Shown here one piece after another: positions 20,004 to 29,196 of a stretch of DNA of 64,000 nucleotides. The position numbers were made by a program, and so were the translations under genes. Source of the stretch: an uncultured Nitrospiraceae bacterium. Lineage in GTDB: Bacteria > Nitrospirota > Nitrospiria > Nitrospirales > Nitrospiraceae. The notes under the pieces are model-generated. The model had not been told where the DNA came from. It worked only from the letters and a program-made list of their open reading frames with translations, and did not search any database. How positions within the stretch are numbered: position 1 is the stretch's first letter; every line of letters begins with the position of its first letter. The stretch is taken from positions 352,001 through 416,000 of the forward strand of contig CAVSTP010000004.1 in NCBI GenBank assembly GCA_963730935.1, in the 5' to 3' direction.

Positions 20004-20078
20004 ATGACACGACTTTGGTCAGCTCTGATGGTGGTCGTTTGTATTCTCGCGAGTGTTGGCTGCAGTCCGATGCGTTGA
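20004..20078 (+). pseudogene. Short lipoprotein-signal remnant MTRLWSALMVVVCILASVGCSPMR
   Basis: AAGGAGGG RBS and lipobox-like SVGC, then a stop four codons later. Confidence 0.4.
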
Positions 20079-20246
20079 GGGATCGGAGCCGGGGTCAAAG
20101 TGACGGTGTGTACGTGAGCTGTAACAGCTGGGGGGCGGGGGTGTTTGCGCGTGACACCGGCATCAGGGCAAATGTCCCCTGCGTGATGAGCAGACCGTCC
20201 ACGACTGCTGCGCCTGGTCCGTAAAAATTTCGCTCTGAGGTGGGCA

Positions 20247-23200
20247 GTGCCAATCATCGTCGTAGTCTTGGTCGGAATGCTCAGTACGGGATGCTTCCTG
20301 TTCGCCGAAAAAGACATCGATAAGCGGGCCGGGAGAGCGCAGATTCAAAGCAGTGAATCGGCGAACGACGGAGTGCAAGTCGTGCTGCAAAAGGGGCACT
20401 CCGACATGATCAATGCCGTTGCCTTGAGCCAGAACGGCCGGCTGGTGCTGACCGGGAGTCAAGACGAGACAGCGCGATTGTGGGACGTGAGTAGCGGGCA
20501 AATGATCCGAAGTTTTGTCGGGTTCGCGTTACATGGTCCTCATCTTCTGGCCTTGGGCGCATCGGGGCAGGTAGTGATCGGGGATAGACACACAGTCAAA
20601 GTGTTTGAAGCGACCACCGGACAGGAGCTTCGATCCGTTCCGGTGCGGGACAGCGAACGGGCGGTGGCGAGTCCTGATGCGCGTGTGCTCGCGACCGCTG
20701 GTGGAACAGTGGCGACGACAATCCAGCTGTGGGATCTGACCACCGGCAAAGAGCTCTCACACGATCCGGCCGGAACATTCGCGATTCCACTGGTATTCAG
20801 TCCGGACGGGCGTCTCCTCGCGACGCAACGGCGGGTGGCCGGAGCCTACGGCGGTCTCACGATCTGGGACATGGCAGCCGGAAAGAAACCCAAAACCATC
20901 GATCATTCGTCGGAGGTCCGCGCTGCGGCGCTCAGTCCGGATGGACGGATGGTCGCGCTGCAATCGGCGGACCGCTCGATTGTCGTGAAAGAGGTGGAGA
21001 CGGGTCGAGTGCTCCATCACCTCGCCATGACCTTGTCCCCACAGACAGGTCGCACCACAGGATTCGAATTCAGCCGGGATAATCGGTTCCTGGCGACAGC
21101 GGATTCGGAAAACCTTGTGCGGTTGTGGGACCTTCAATCGGGGCAAGCGGCGAAAACATTCCGAGGCACAGCGGTGGATTTTGGGAATGACGGGAAAACC
21201 CTTGTCGTCGGCGTAATGGAAGGTGTGCCGCTGTTGCGTAATGTTGAAAGCGGAGCTGAGACGAAGTTTTCTTCAGGCGGAACCACCGGGATTGTCGATG
21301 TGGCCGTGTCAATGGATGGAAACAAAGTGCTGGTAGCCATGGAGGATGGCACGGTCAAGTTGTGGGATCTCGCGACGGGCCAGATCCTGCGTACGCTCGC
21401 AGGACCGGCGGAATCGTCCATCGCCATCAGCCGGATCGGCGGAATGCTCGCGACGGCCGGCGGCGGCGATGGCTCGGTGGCCGTCTGGGACTTCATGACA
21501 GGACGCAAGCGACTGACGGTACCGGCACCGAAGGGAGACGAGAAAGATGTCTCGGATCGCACAGTGGTGAGTCTGAGTTCGGACGGCGGTCTGTTGGCCG
21601 TGGCCATGAGGGATCAACTGTGTGTCTACGAGATCCCCAACGGCAAGGAACTTCACTGTCAGACCATGGGACGGTTTGGTGACACTATCGAAATGTTCGC
21701 GAATCCCTACAACTATGCTCAACAGGTCATGAAACACGGAAGCGAAAATATACGACGGAAACGTTGGATCAGGGCCCTGGCATTTAGTCCGGATGGTCAA
21801 TACCTGGCGGCGTCCATGGACTCAGGGATCTTTTTGCTAGTGGCGAAAACAGGAAAATTTGAACGCGATGTTGCCATTGCTGCATGGGGAGGAGCCACGA
21901 AAGAGGAGGACGAAGACCTCCAATCAATTGCCAGCACGTCCAACGTGCACAATCTTGCGTTCAGCAGCGACGGGGAACTTCTGGCGGGCGTCGGTCCGAA
22001 CTGGAGGGGGGTATGGGGAGATTTGCACCCTAGCAGCATGAAACTCGTCGGGCGCTTTTTGATGGGCATCGTGCCGGGTGTCAGTAGCGGACCGGCTGGC
22101 ATAGAGAAAAGCAGCGGTTCCAAGCGAGAGATCAACTATCGAGGATTGGCGTTAAGCCCTGACGGCAGTTTGGCGGTGCTGGGACATGGCCGGCTGGTCA
22201 AAATGTGGGACGTGGCGAATAACACTGATCTCAGGACACTCGTTGGGCACACGGCCAACGTCACTGCCGTCGGGATGACGCCCGATGGTCGGCTCGTTGT
22301 CAGCGGAAGCCAGGACGGGATGCTGAAGGTGTGGGACGTCAAGTCGGGCAGTGAGATCGTCTCACTGATGGCTTTGGGAAACGAGGACTATGTCGCGGTC
22401 ACTCCGGACCAGTACTACCGTGCATCCAAGACCCGCATGAAAGGGGTGGCCTTTCGAGTGAACGGACAACTCTATCCTTTCGAGCAATTTGATCTTCGTC
22501 TCAACCGTCCGGACATCGTCCTCAACCGCTTGCGGCGGGCAAGCGGCGACATCATCGAAAGTTACCGTCACGCTTACGAGCGGCGGCTGAAGAAGATGGG
22601 TCTGACAGAACAGATGCTCGGAACTGATTTTCATCTACCGGTTATCGAACTGCTCACGAAAGAGGTGCCGGTCTCGGTCAAGGCCTCGACGCTGACGGTG
22701 CGCGTGAAGGCCAGCGACAGCAAATACGCGCTCGATCGGTTCAATGTGTTTCTCAATGACGTGCCGGTCCATGGCACAGCCGGGCTGCCGCTCCCAAACA
22801 AGCAACTCCAGACGCAGGAGCAAGATATTCAGGTGCCGTTGGTGCCAGGCCGAAACAAAATTCAAATCTCTGTCCTGAACCAGCAAGGGGTCGAATCGCT
22901 CAAACAGACGCTCTACACCACCTCAACGGCTTCGGCGGCGCCGCCGGAAGTGTATGTCCTCGGGATCGGCGTAAGCGAATACAAAAACAAGGCCTACGAC
23001 CTTCGTTATGCGGCGAAGGACGCCGGCGATCTCATTGCCGCGTACAAAGCGCTCGAACAACGACAGGGATCGCCGACCAAAGTACACGTATTGACCCTGG
23101 CCAATCAAAAAGCCACGCGGACCGAAATAGTCAGCGCCAAAGAGTGGCTTAAGCGATCGATGATCAACGATCTGGTCGTCGTCTTTGCGGCCGGCCACGG

Positions 23201-23822
23201 CATGACCGACGAGAAGTCCAACTATTACTTCGGGACGCATGACATTGATCCGCAGCATCCGGAAACGAACGGGTTGCCCTACGAGGAATTTGAGAACCTC
23301 CTGGATGGCATCCCGGCGTTGCAGAAGCTGCTGCTTCTTGATACCTGCTTCTCGGGCGAGATCGAGAAGGATCAGACCATCGTCGTGGCAAAGGCCGAGA
23401 CTATGGGTAGCGGGGCGGTGAAGATGCGTGCCTTCAAAGCGGCTCGCGGTGTGTCGGTCGTCGCGGATGCGGAACAGACACCGAGCGGAACCGCAACCGT
23501 CACCCCAACATTGTCCACCGACATGGTGCGCTTTCAACAGGACTGGTTCGCCGATCTGCGACGCGGCACGGGCGCGGCAGTTATCTCCAGCTCGAGCGGC
23601 AATGAGTATAGCCTTGAAGGCGAGCAGTGGAAAAACGGCGTGTTTACCTATTCGTTATTGAACGGTTTGAGGAACCGCGGAGCCGATGTCAATCATGACC
23701 AAACGATCACCGTGAGTGAACTGCAGGCGTATGTCACTGAGCAAGTACGAAAGCTGACCGAAGGGGGACAGAATCCGACGGTCCGGCGGGAAAATCTGGA
23801 GTACGACTTTGCGGTGTACTGA
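20247..23822 (+). CDS. Second WD40-repeat plus caspase-family (C14) lipoprotein, paralog of 15992-19951
   Basis: Lipobox LSTGC; WD repeats; same VFAAGHG / LLDTCFSG dyad; C-terminal region very similar to the upstream gene. Confidence 0.9.
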   Translation: MPIIVVVLVGMLSTGCFLFAEKDIDKRAGRAQIQSSESANDGVQVVLQKGHSDMINAVALSQNGRLVLTGSQDETARLWDVSSGQMIRSFVGFALHGPHLLALGASGQVVIGDRHTVKVFEATTGQELRSVPVRDSERAVASPDARVLATAGGTVATTIQLWDLTTGKELSHDPAGTFAIPLVFSPDGRLLATQRRVAGAYGGLTIWDMAAGKKPKTIDHSSEVRAAALSPDGRMVALQSADRSIVVKEVETGRVLHHLAMTLSPQTGRTTGFEFSRDNRFLATADSENLVRLWDLQSGQAAKTFRGTAVDFGNDGKTLVVGVMEGVPLLRNVESGAETKFSSGGTTGIVDVAVSMDGNKVLVAMEDGTVKLWDLATGQILRTLAGPAESSIAISRIGGMLATAGGGDGSVAVWDFMTGRKRLTVPAPKGDEKDVSDRTVVSLSSDGGLLAVAMRDQLCVYEIPNGKELHCQTMGRFGDTIEMFANPYNYAQQVMKHGSENIRRKRWIRALAFSPDGQYLAASMDSGIFLLVAKTGKFERDVAIAAWGGATKEEDEDLQSIASTSNVHNLAFSSDGELLAGVGPNWRGVWGDLHPSSMKLVGRFLMGIVPGVSSGPAGIEKSSGSKREINYRGLALSPDGSLAVLGHGRLVKMWDVANNTDLRTLVGHTANVTAVGMTPDGRLVVSGSQDGMLKVWDVKSGSEIVSLMALGNEDYVAVTPDQYYRASKTRMKGVAFRVNGQLYPFEQFDLRLNRPDIVLNRLRRASGDIIESYRHAYERRLKKMGLTEQMLGTDFHLPVIELLTKEVPVSVKASTLTVRVKASDSKYALDRFNVFLNDVPVHGTAGLPLPNKQLQTQEQDIQVPLVPGRNKIQISVLNQQGVESLKQTLYTTSTASAAPPEVYVLGIGVSEYKNKAYDLRYAAKDAGDLIAAYKALEQRQGSPTKVHVLTLANQKATRTEIVSAKEWLKRSMINDLVVVFAAGHGMTDEKSNYYFGTHDIDPQHPETNGLPYEEFENLLDGIPALQKLLLLDTCFSGEIEKDQTIVVAKAETMGSGAVKMRAFKAARGVSVVADAEQTPSGTATVTPTLSTDMVRFQQDWFADLRRGTGAAVISSSSGNEYSLEGEQWKNGVFTYSLLNGLRNRGADVNHDQTITVSELQAYVTEQVRKLTEGGQNPTVRRENLEYDFAVY

Positions 23823-23831
23823 CAGACCGAA

Positions 23832-23857
23832 TGAACCTTGGGAGGAGGATAGACGAC
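23832..23857 (+). promoter_or_regulatory. ECF-type promoter TGAACC-N16-CGAC
   Basis: Exact motif upstream of the 23986 ORF. Confidence 0.7.
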
Positions 23858-23985
23858 AGACTCTTGAGAGGGAAGCCAATAAGGGAACGGACCGGTTGAG
23901 TACAGGTGACGCCGATCGATATGTAGGGAGATCACGAAACTCGTCTGCGCCTCAGCTGTGCACTCGCTGACGAAAGGAGATCCAG

Positions 23986-24966
23986 ATGAATCCGCGATAC
24001 CTCATGTGGAAGCGATGGACAGTTGCGGCGTTGATTGGCACGGGCGGACTGGCTGTCAGTCTCGTCCACCAGGTGGATCAAGTACCGTTCGCCACGGGTG
24101 AGCAGGCCTTCGCCGACGAAACCGCGCCCCAGGGAGAGATCACCGGGCGGGCGGTGCCGGGCGTCTTGAGTGTTGGCAAGAAAACCCTGCGGCCGGCGGC
24201 GGCTGGCCCGAGCCCGGAAGAGATTCTCCAGAGACAGCTTCCGCCCTCCGCCCGGCCAGAAGAGCTGCGGGAGCCGACCAAATCCGACATGGAACAACGG
24301 TGTTTCCTAAACCCGAGATGCCGGCAGAAATTGGAACAGGCGAAGCAGGGCACACGTCCCACGACGATTCTCCCCGCCGCGACCGGGCCAAGCCCGGAGG
24401 AGCAACTCCAGAAGCAACTCTTGCCGCCGGCACAGGGAGTTTCACCACAGAGGCCGCGCAGTCAGGAGGGGTCCGGTCCGGTAGAGCAGCTCCTATCCTG
24501 GTTCAATCCCTTCACCCCGGCCTCAGCGTGGGCGCAGACCGGTTACTCTCTCACCCTCACACCGGCCAACAGGTCGAGCACGGTGCCAACCGGATACATT
24601 AACATATATGGCGGATGGACAATGGGTACTGCCCCCGGCTTCCATATTTTGGAAAGCTCCTACCCAACTCCTAGTCCCACTACCGAGAATCAACCCTTCA
24701 TTTACCTCTCTGCTTATCTTCCAGCAGCGGGGTACTATGTCATCGACTTCGTCGCAGCTCCTTCTTTCACCAAACTGCGCCATCAAAACAACGGCCCCAT
24801 TCTAGAGACCTGGGATTATCGGACAACCGGGTGCGGGGGGGCAAACACCTGTCATTATGTGACGGTCGATTACTATGCCGCCGGACCCCATAGTTGGTGT
24901 TTCTGGGCGGATCCATCGGCAGCACCGACATTTTTCTACTCAGTCACGATTAAATCCTTTCTATGA
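23986..24966 (+). CDS. Exported hypothetical protein with internal duplication
   Basis: AAAGGAG RBS; hydrophobic N-terminus; GEITGRAV motif; repeated AxGPSPEExLQxQLxP. Confidence 0.7.
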   Translation: MNPRYLMWKRWTVAALIGTGGLAVSLVHQVDQVPFATGEQAFADETAPQGEITGRAVPGVLSVGKKTLRPAAAGPSPEEILQRQLPPSARPEELREPTKSDMEQRCFLNPRCRQKLEQAKQGTRPTTILPAATGPSPEEQLQKQLLPPAQGVSPQRPRSQEGSGPVEQLLSWFNPFTPASAWAQTGYSLTLTPANRSSTVPTGYINIYGGWTMGTAPGFHILESSYPTPSPTTENQPFIYLSAYLPAAGYYVIDFVAAPSFTKLRHQNNGPILETWDYRTTGCGGANTCHYVTVDYYAAGPHSWCFWADPSAAPTFFYSVTIKSFL

Positions 24967-25060
24967 TCGACGGGAATTCGCGCGCGGTGGATGGTAGCAG
25001 AGCGACTGTGACGGCACGGGGAGGACGACAGAAATCGGCGAACAGGTGCTGTTCATGACG

Positions 25061-25086
25061 TGAACCATTCAACGATGAGGGACGAC
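25061..25086 (+). promoter_or_regulatory. ECF-type promoter TGAACC-N16-CGAC
   Basis: Exact motif 23 nt upstream of ATG 25110. Confidence 0.7.
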
Positions 25087-25109
25087 ACACGAACAAGAGA
25101 GGACGAATC

Positions 25110-27746
25110 ATGAAATATGGATGGTCTCTGGTCCCGAAGCTGACAATGTGTTCGTTGCTTCTCAGCGCAGGCGTGGCATATGCGGATAATCCGCAGCTCG
25201 TCCCCGTCTTGAAAGGGCTCCTGCAAAAATACCAGAGATGCATTCTTGAAACCTACGAGAACGACATGAGCAAAACAAGTTCCTATGCTATAGGCCCTCC
25301 CAGAAATGGGGCAACGTGCGTGGCCGGAAACATCTGCACGATCCAATCCCGCCGAGATCTGTTCAACATGCTACAGGCTCAAGCAAACCGCGGGGACGCG
25401 ACAAACTTCCAAACCAATTTGCAGAAGGCGATTCTCGCCGATTGTTTCCAATGTGCAAAGCACAATGAGTTTCACACGAAGCATGTGCACTGCACCCAGG
25501 ATTGTAATGGGAATCAAAGCTGGAAGGACCCTAATAACCCTTTCCGCTTCGACGCCGCGGTCGGACCCTGCTTTGAGGGTTGCAAGGCGGGCGTCGACAT
25601 GACCAAGTTGGCCCGCGACATCGCAAATGACATCCAAAATGTGCTTCACAGCATCGTTGCGGACGTTCCACCTGCTCAGCAGCAGCCGCCGCAGGCAATC
25701 GGCGGAGTGAGCGTGGCGACGAACTATAGGATCATGACCATGGGCCCCGCGGAACAGTGCGATGCGACGCCCTCGGGTTACTTTATCGCTCCGGCCGAAC
25801 TCCTTGATTGGGACCAAACAGCCGCTCCGCCATTTATGGATGCCCTGACGAACTATCACCCGCCTGACAACGCTCCCAGCCGGCCTGCCTATAATCCCGC
25901 AGCATTGGCCAACCCGGATCGCAACGTGAGGCCGAACATTGGTGCAAACGAAGGTCGGCTGCGCGCGGATTTACGCAATGCAGCGGCTCGCCGCAATCCG
26001 GTAGAGAGTCTTTGCAGGTCTGCCGAGGCGTTCTCGCTCGGCAACGCCTCTGACGGAAACGCCTTCGCTGATCTCAGCGTGACTGGCCGCCGTGCGTACG
26101 CGGCCTTTCGGGCCCAACCGCCTCAAGAGGCGCAGATCCTCGCGTGCTTACAGAACAACCCTCGCACGAAGGCCTTGCCGGCAGATGTGCTTCAACTCGC
26201 AGCGACTCGTGCTCTCGATCGTGCGTATCAGGTCGCTAAGGTCATCAGAACGGGTGGCTGGGCAAAACCCGGTGTCAATCCCGAGCGCCAGCCGCTAGGG
26301 TACATTGCGGTTTCTGGAGAGGATGACCAACCCCATCGGCCTGTGAATGTGCCATCGGCGGAGTTTCCACAGTACGACCTTGATGTACAAGTTCCGGTGC
26401 CGAATGCTGCGCCCATACTGGTCCACACACGCTACATGATCGCGCATACGTTTCCTCCGCAGCAAATGCAGAATGTTGTGACCCTCCTCCCCGGCACCGT
26501 GCAGAAGTTGGCGCCAGCACAAGTGCAGTCTCGTCAGGTCGACCCCGCCCCCAGCACCGAGGAGACGTCGTCGCCAACAGAAGAAGAAGTTCAGACTCGT
26601 AAGGTTGACCCCGCCCCCGGCACCGTGCAGAAGTTGGCACCAGCACAAGTTCAGGCTCCTCCCGGGGGCCCTGCCCCTGGCACCATGCAGAAGTTCCTGC
26701 CAGCACAAGTTCGGACTCTTCCGGCAGACCTCGCCCCCGTTCTCGCACAAGACGCCATTGTTTTCCTTTATATCCCTGGCATGGATTCGCGCCTCGAAGA
26801 GGCTCTGGACATTGCACATGCCCTTCACGCTTTAGGACGCCAGCGTAATAAGAACTATACCGTCATCTCTATGGACCTCCCGACCAGCGGCTACGCGGAT
26901 AACATCGATTACAACCGAATCGCACCGCTAACAGCCGCTGGCCGTGCCAATGGGCTGGGGTTCGCGCCGAATAAATATGTCGTACCCATCGTGGACTTCG
27001 ATGAGAACTTTATCGTGAATTTCGTGAACACGCTCGATCGCTCCACGGGAGTGACCCGCCGCGAGATTTATCCAATTGGCGGCAGTTTGGGCGGCAACAT
27101 GGCATTCCGACTGGGTCGGCCTCGGCCGGACGCACCCTGGATCAAAAGCGTCGTCCCCTGGTCTCCGGCAGCCATCTGGCCGTCCATTGCAGATTCCGAG
27201 GTCAAGCATGTGGGACTCGCAGTACCTTGGTACCTCGCGGGCGGTGACCCAAACCTGGCTCAGGAGACACCTGGGTCGCGCAGGTCCTTCTTCTATGGTG
27301 GCTTCGATTGGGAGAGTAAAGTGGCCTACGTCATCCCTGCGGGTGGAGGGAAACCCCAATCGGAGTTTTGGTACAGCAACAGTTGGCCCTGTAAGCAGAC
27401 GCATCTCAAACTTGCAAGGATCGAACGATATGAAACCTATGATCACTACTTCCGTCTATGGCACTGGCGTCTCGGCATGGAGCAGCTGCTATTCAGTCAA
27501 CAGATTCCAATTCCTGGCACGAGTCCTCAGCAACCACTTTACCTGAGGAATACGAAGCGCATGCTGCTGATGTGTGGCATAGAAGATGTCGGCGCGGCAC
27601 TCTGTGAAGAAACACGGAAGGTTGCGCCACATATGGAAATGACCCCTGGCCGCGCACTTTTTCTGACGGCCACCGGCCACTCTATCCACAATGAACGGCC
27701 GAACTTCCTAGCGCAGCAGATTGTCGACTTTGTAGAGGGTCGTTAA
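25110..27746 (+). CDS. Exported protein with Cys-rich N-terminus and C-terminal alpha/beta-hydrolase fold
   Basis: Signal peptide ending AYA; MDLPTSGYA, GGSLGG nucleophile elbow, TGHSIHNERP. Confidence 0.75.
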   Translation: MKYGWSLVPKLTMCSLLLSAGVAYADNPQLVPVLKGLLQKYQRCILETYENDMSKTSSYAIGPPRNGATCVAGNICTIQSRRDLFNMLQAQANRGDATNFQTNLQKAILADCFQCAKHNEFHTKHVHCTQDCNGNQSWKDPNNPFRFDAAVGPCFEGCKAGVDMTKLARDIANDIQNVLHSIVADVPPAQQQPPQAIGGVSVATNYRIMTMGPAEQCDATPSGYFIAPAELLDWDQTAAPPFMDALTNYHPPDNAPSRPAYNPAALANPDRNVRPNIGANEGRLRADLRNAAARRNPVESLCRSAEAFSLGNASDGNAFADLSVTGRRAYAAFRAQPPQEAQILACLQNNPRTKALPADVLQLAATRALDRAYQVAKVIRTGGWAKPGVNPERQPLGYIAVSGEDDQPHRPVNVPSAEFPQYDLDVQVPVPNAAPILVHTRYMIAHTFPPQQMQNVVTLLPGTVQKLAPAQVQSRQVDPAPSTEETSSPTEEEVQTRKVDPAPGTVQKLAPAQVQAPPGGPAPGTMQKFLPAQVRTLPADLAPVLAQDAIVFLYIPGMDSRLEEALDIAHALHALGRQRNKNYTVISMDLPTSGYADNIDYNRIAPLTAAGRANGLGFAPNKYVVPIVDFDENFIVNFVNTLDRSTGVTRREIYPIGGSLGGNMAFRLGRPRPDAPWIKSVVPWSPAAIWPSIADSEVKHVGLAVPWYLAGGDPNLAQETPGSRRSFFYGGFDWESKVAYVIPAGGGKPQSEFWYSNSWPCKQTHLKLARIERYETYDHYFRLWHWRLGMEQLLFSQQIPIPGTSPQQPLYLRNTKRMLLMCGIEDVGAALCEETRKVAPHMEMTPGRALFLTATGHSIHNERPNFLAQQIVDFVEGR
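26489..26712 (+). repeat. Three copies of a roughly 36-nt unit (PGTVQKLAPAQV) inside the hydrolase gene
   Basis: CCCCGGCACCGTGCAGAAGTTGGCxCCAGCACAAGT recurs at about 26489, 26615 and 26675. Confidence 0.8.
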
Positions 27747-27911
27747 GAAGACTCTGGACTCAAGGGCCCGTGGACGGTCCTCACCGGCGTTGCAACGCCG
27801 GTGTGTGAGAGGGTATGCGGCGGCATTCTGTCGGCCTTCGATGAAGGATACGAGGAAGGACTCGCATGAATCCGCTGGCATGCTGTGAGAGGCAAGGGAG
27901 TGCGTGAACTC

Positions 27912-28601
27912 ATGTCCAGGACAATGAGCATCGCGACGCTGTTTGTGGCGGCGTTGTCCTGTCCGTCGTTGGCATTCGCATTCGAAGGCGTGATTTCTTT
28001 CAAGAGCAACTATTGGGGCGAAGCGTCGGAGTTTCAGTACTACAGCAAGGACGAAAGAAACCGGATAGAAACGCAACGTGCAAGACATGGACGGGCAGCC
28101 GTCATCATGGATTTCAAGACGAAAAAAGTTTCAATGCTCCTGCTCAACTTGAGGTTGGCGATGGTGATGAACATGAACTTCGCAACCTTGTTAGCCTCGA
28201 ACGATGCCGCTGGTAAGCTCACCAGAATGGGAGAAAGCAAGTTGGTCCTCGGGTATCGGGCCGAGCAATTCTTGCATGATGGCGAGGAAGAACACACTGA
28301 GATCTGGGGGACAACCGGACTTGGACTTTTTGTCGGACTGCATCCAACCTCCTCGATGTTTGGTCGCACCGGCGGTGCACCGCCTTGGGTCCGTGCATTG
28401 AGAGAGCAGGGGATCTTTCCATTAATCGTCATCCGAACGGACAAGGATGGAAAGGAGCGAGGTCGAATGGAGGCGACGGCCATTGAGAACAAAGTCCTGT
28501 CGGACGACCTTTTTGAAGTGCCTCCCAGATACATCACCTACAACAAGTTCGATCCCGGCAACAAGATGCCCGGTATGCCTGGCACGGTATGGGTCAAGTA
28601 A
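27912..28601 (+). CDS. Exported DUF4412-like protein
   Basis: Signal peptide ending AFA; FEGVI, GESKLVLGYRAEQF, GIFPL, LSDDLFEVP pattern. Confidence 0.7.
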   Translation: MSRTMSIATLFVAALSCPSLAFAFEGVISFKSNYWGEASEFQYYSKDERNRIETQRARHGRAAVIMDFKTKKVSMLLLNLRLAMVMNMNFATLLASNDAAGKLTRMGESKLVLGYRAEQFLHDGEEEHTEIWGTTGLGLFVGLHPTSSMFGRTGGAPPWVRALREQGIFPLIVIRTDKDGKERGRMEATAIENKVLSDDLFEVPPRYITYNKFDPGNKMPGMPGTVWVK

Positions 28602-28671
28602 CGGAATGAACTTGGAGCATTCTGCGCAGGCTGGCTTTATCCATCGAGTTGCACGTGAAGGAGGTCATATC

Positions 28672-29094
28672 ATGACGCAGATGTACCGCCTTGTGAAGCT
28701 GGCAGTGTTGATGATGGTGTTGTTCCATCAGAACGGGTACGCCTCTTCTACTTCCTATCCCATCACGAATATCGACCGGAAGGGTGTAGTGACTGTCACC
28801 GATCTCAAATCCAAGCAAACCTTCCAGTTTCAAGTCGTGGATCCCAAACTGCTAAAGACGTTGAAGGTCGGACAATTGGTGTACCCGGATTTCCAGAATC
28901 GGAAGGTCTCACTTGACGGGGTAAATCCCTGTTGCCAAATAGTCAATTCACCACAGCTCGGAACTCCCCTCGGACGGAAGCAATTGCCCAACACGATGGA
29001 ACCAAGTGGACCTTCCCCTGACGTCATGCCGTTGAGTCCCATTCAGCCGCCGATGCAGGTTCCTGCCGCTCCTGGCCCGGTGTCGCCGCGGTAG
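28672..29094 (+). CDS. Exported small beta-domain protein with Pro-rich tail
   Basis: AAGGAGG RBS, signal peptide, ITNIDRKGVVTV...LKVGQLV. Confidence 0.65.
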   Translation: MTQMYRLVKLAVLMMVLFHQNGYASSTSYPITNIDRKGVVTVTDLKSKQTFQFQVVDPKLLKTLKVGQLVYPDFQNRKVSLDGVNPCCQIVNSPQLGTPLGRKQLPNTMEPSGPSPDVMPLSPIQPPMQVPAAPGPVSPR

Positions 29095-29123
29095 GAGAGC
29101 GATGTGGTGGGGTAGACACGGCT

Positions 29124-29149
29124 TGAACCTTTTTTGGGATCAATTCGAC
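29124..29149 (+). promoter_or_regulatory. ECF-type promoter TGAACC-N16-CGAC
   Basis: Exact motif upstream of ATG 29197. Confidence 0.7.
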
Positions 29150-29196
29150 ACAGAATGCATCAACTGGCCAGACCGGTGTCCGAAAGGAGAGGCTGT

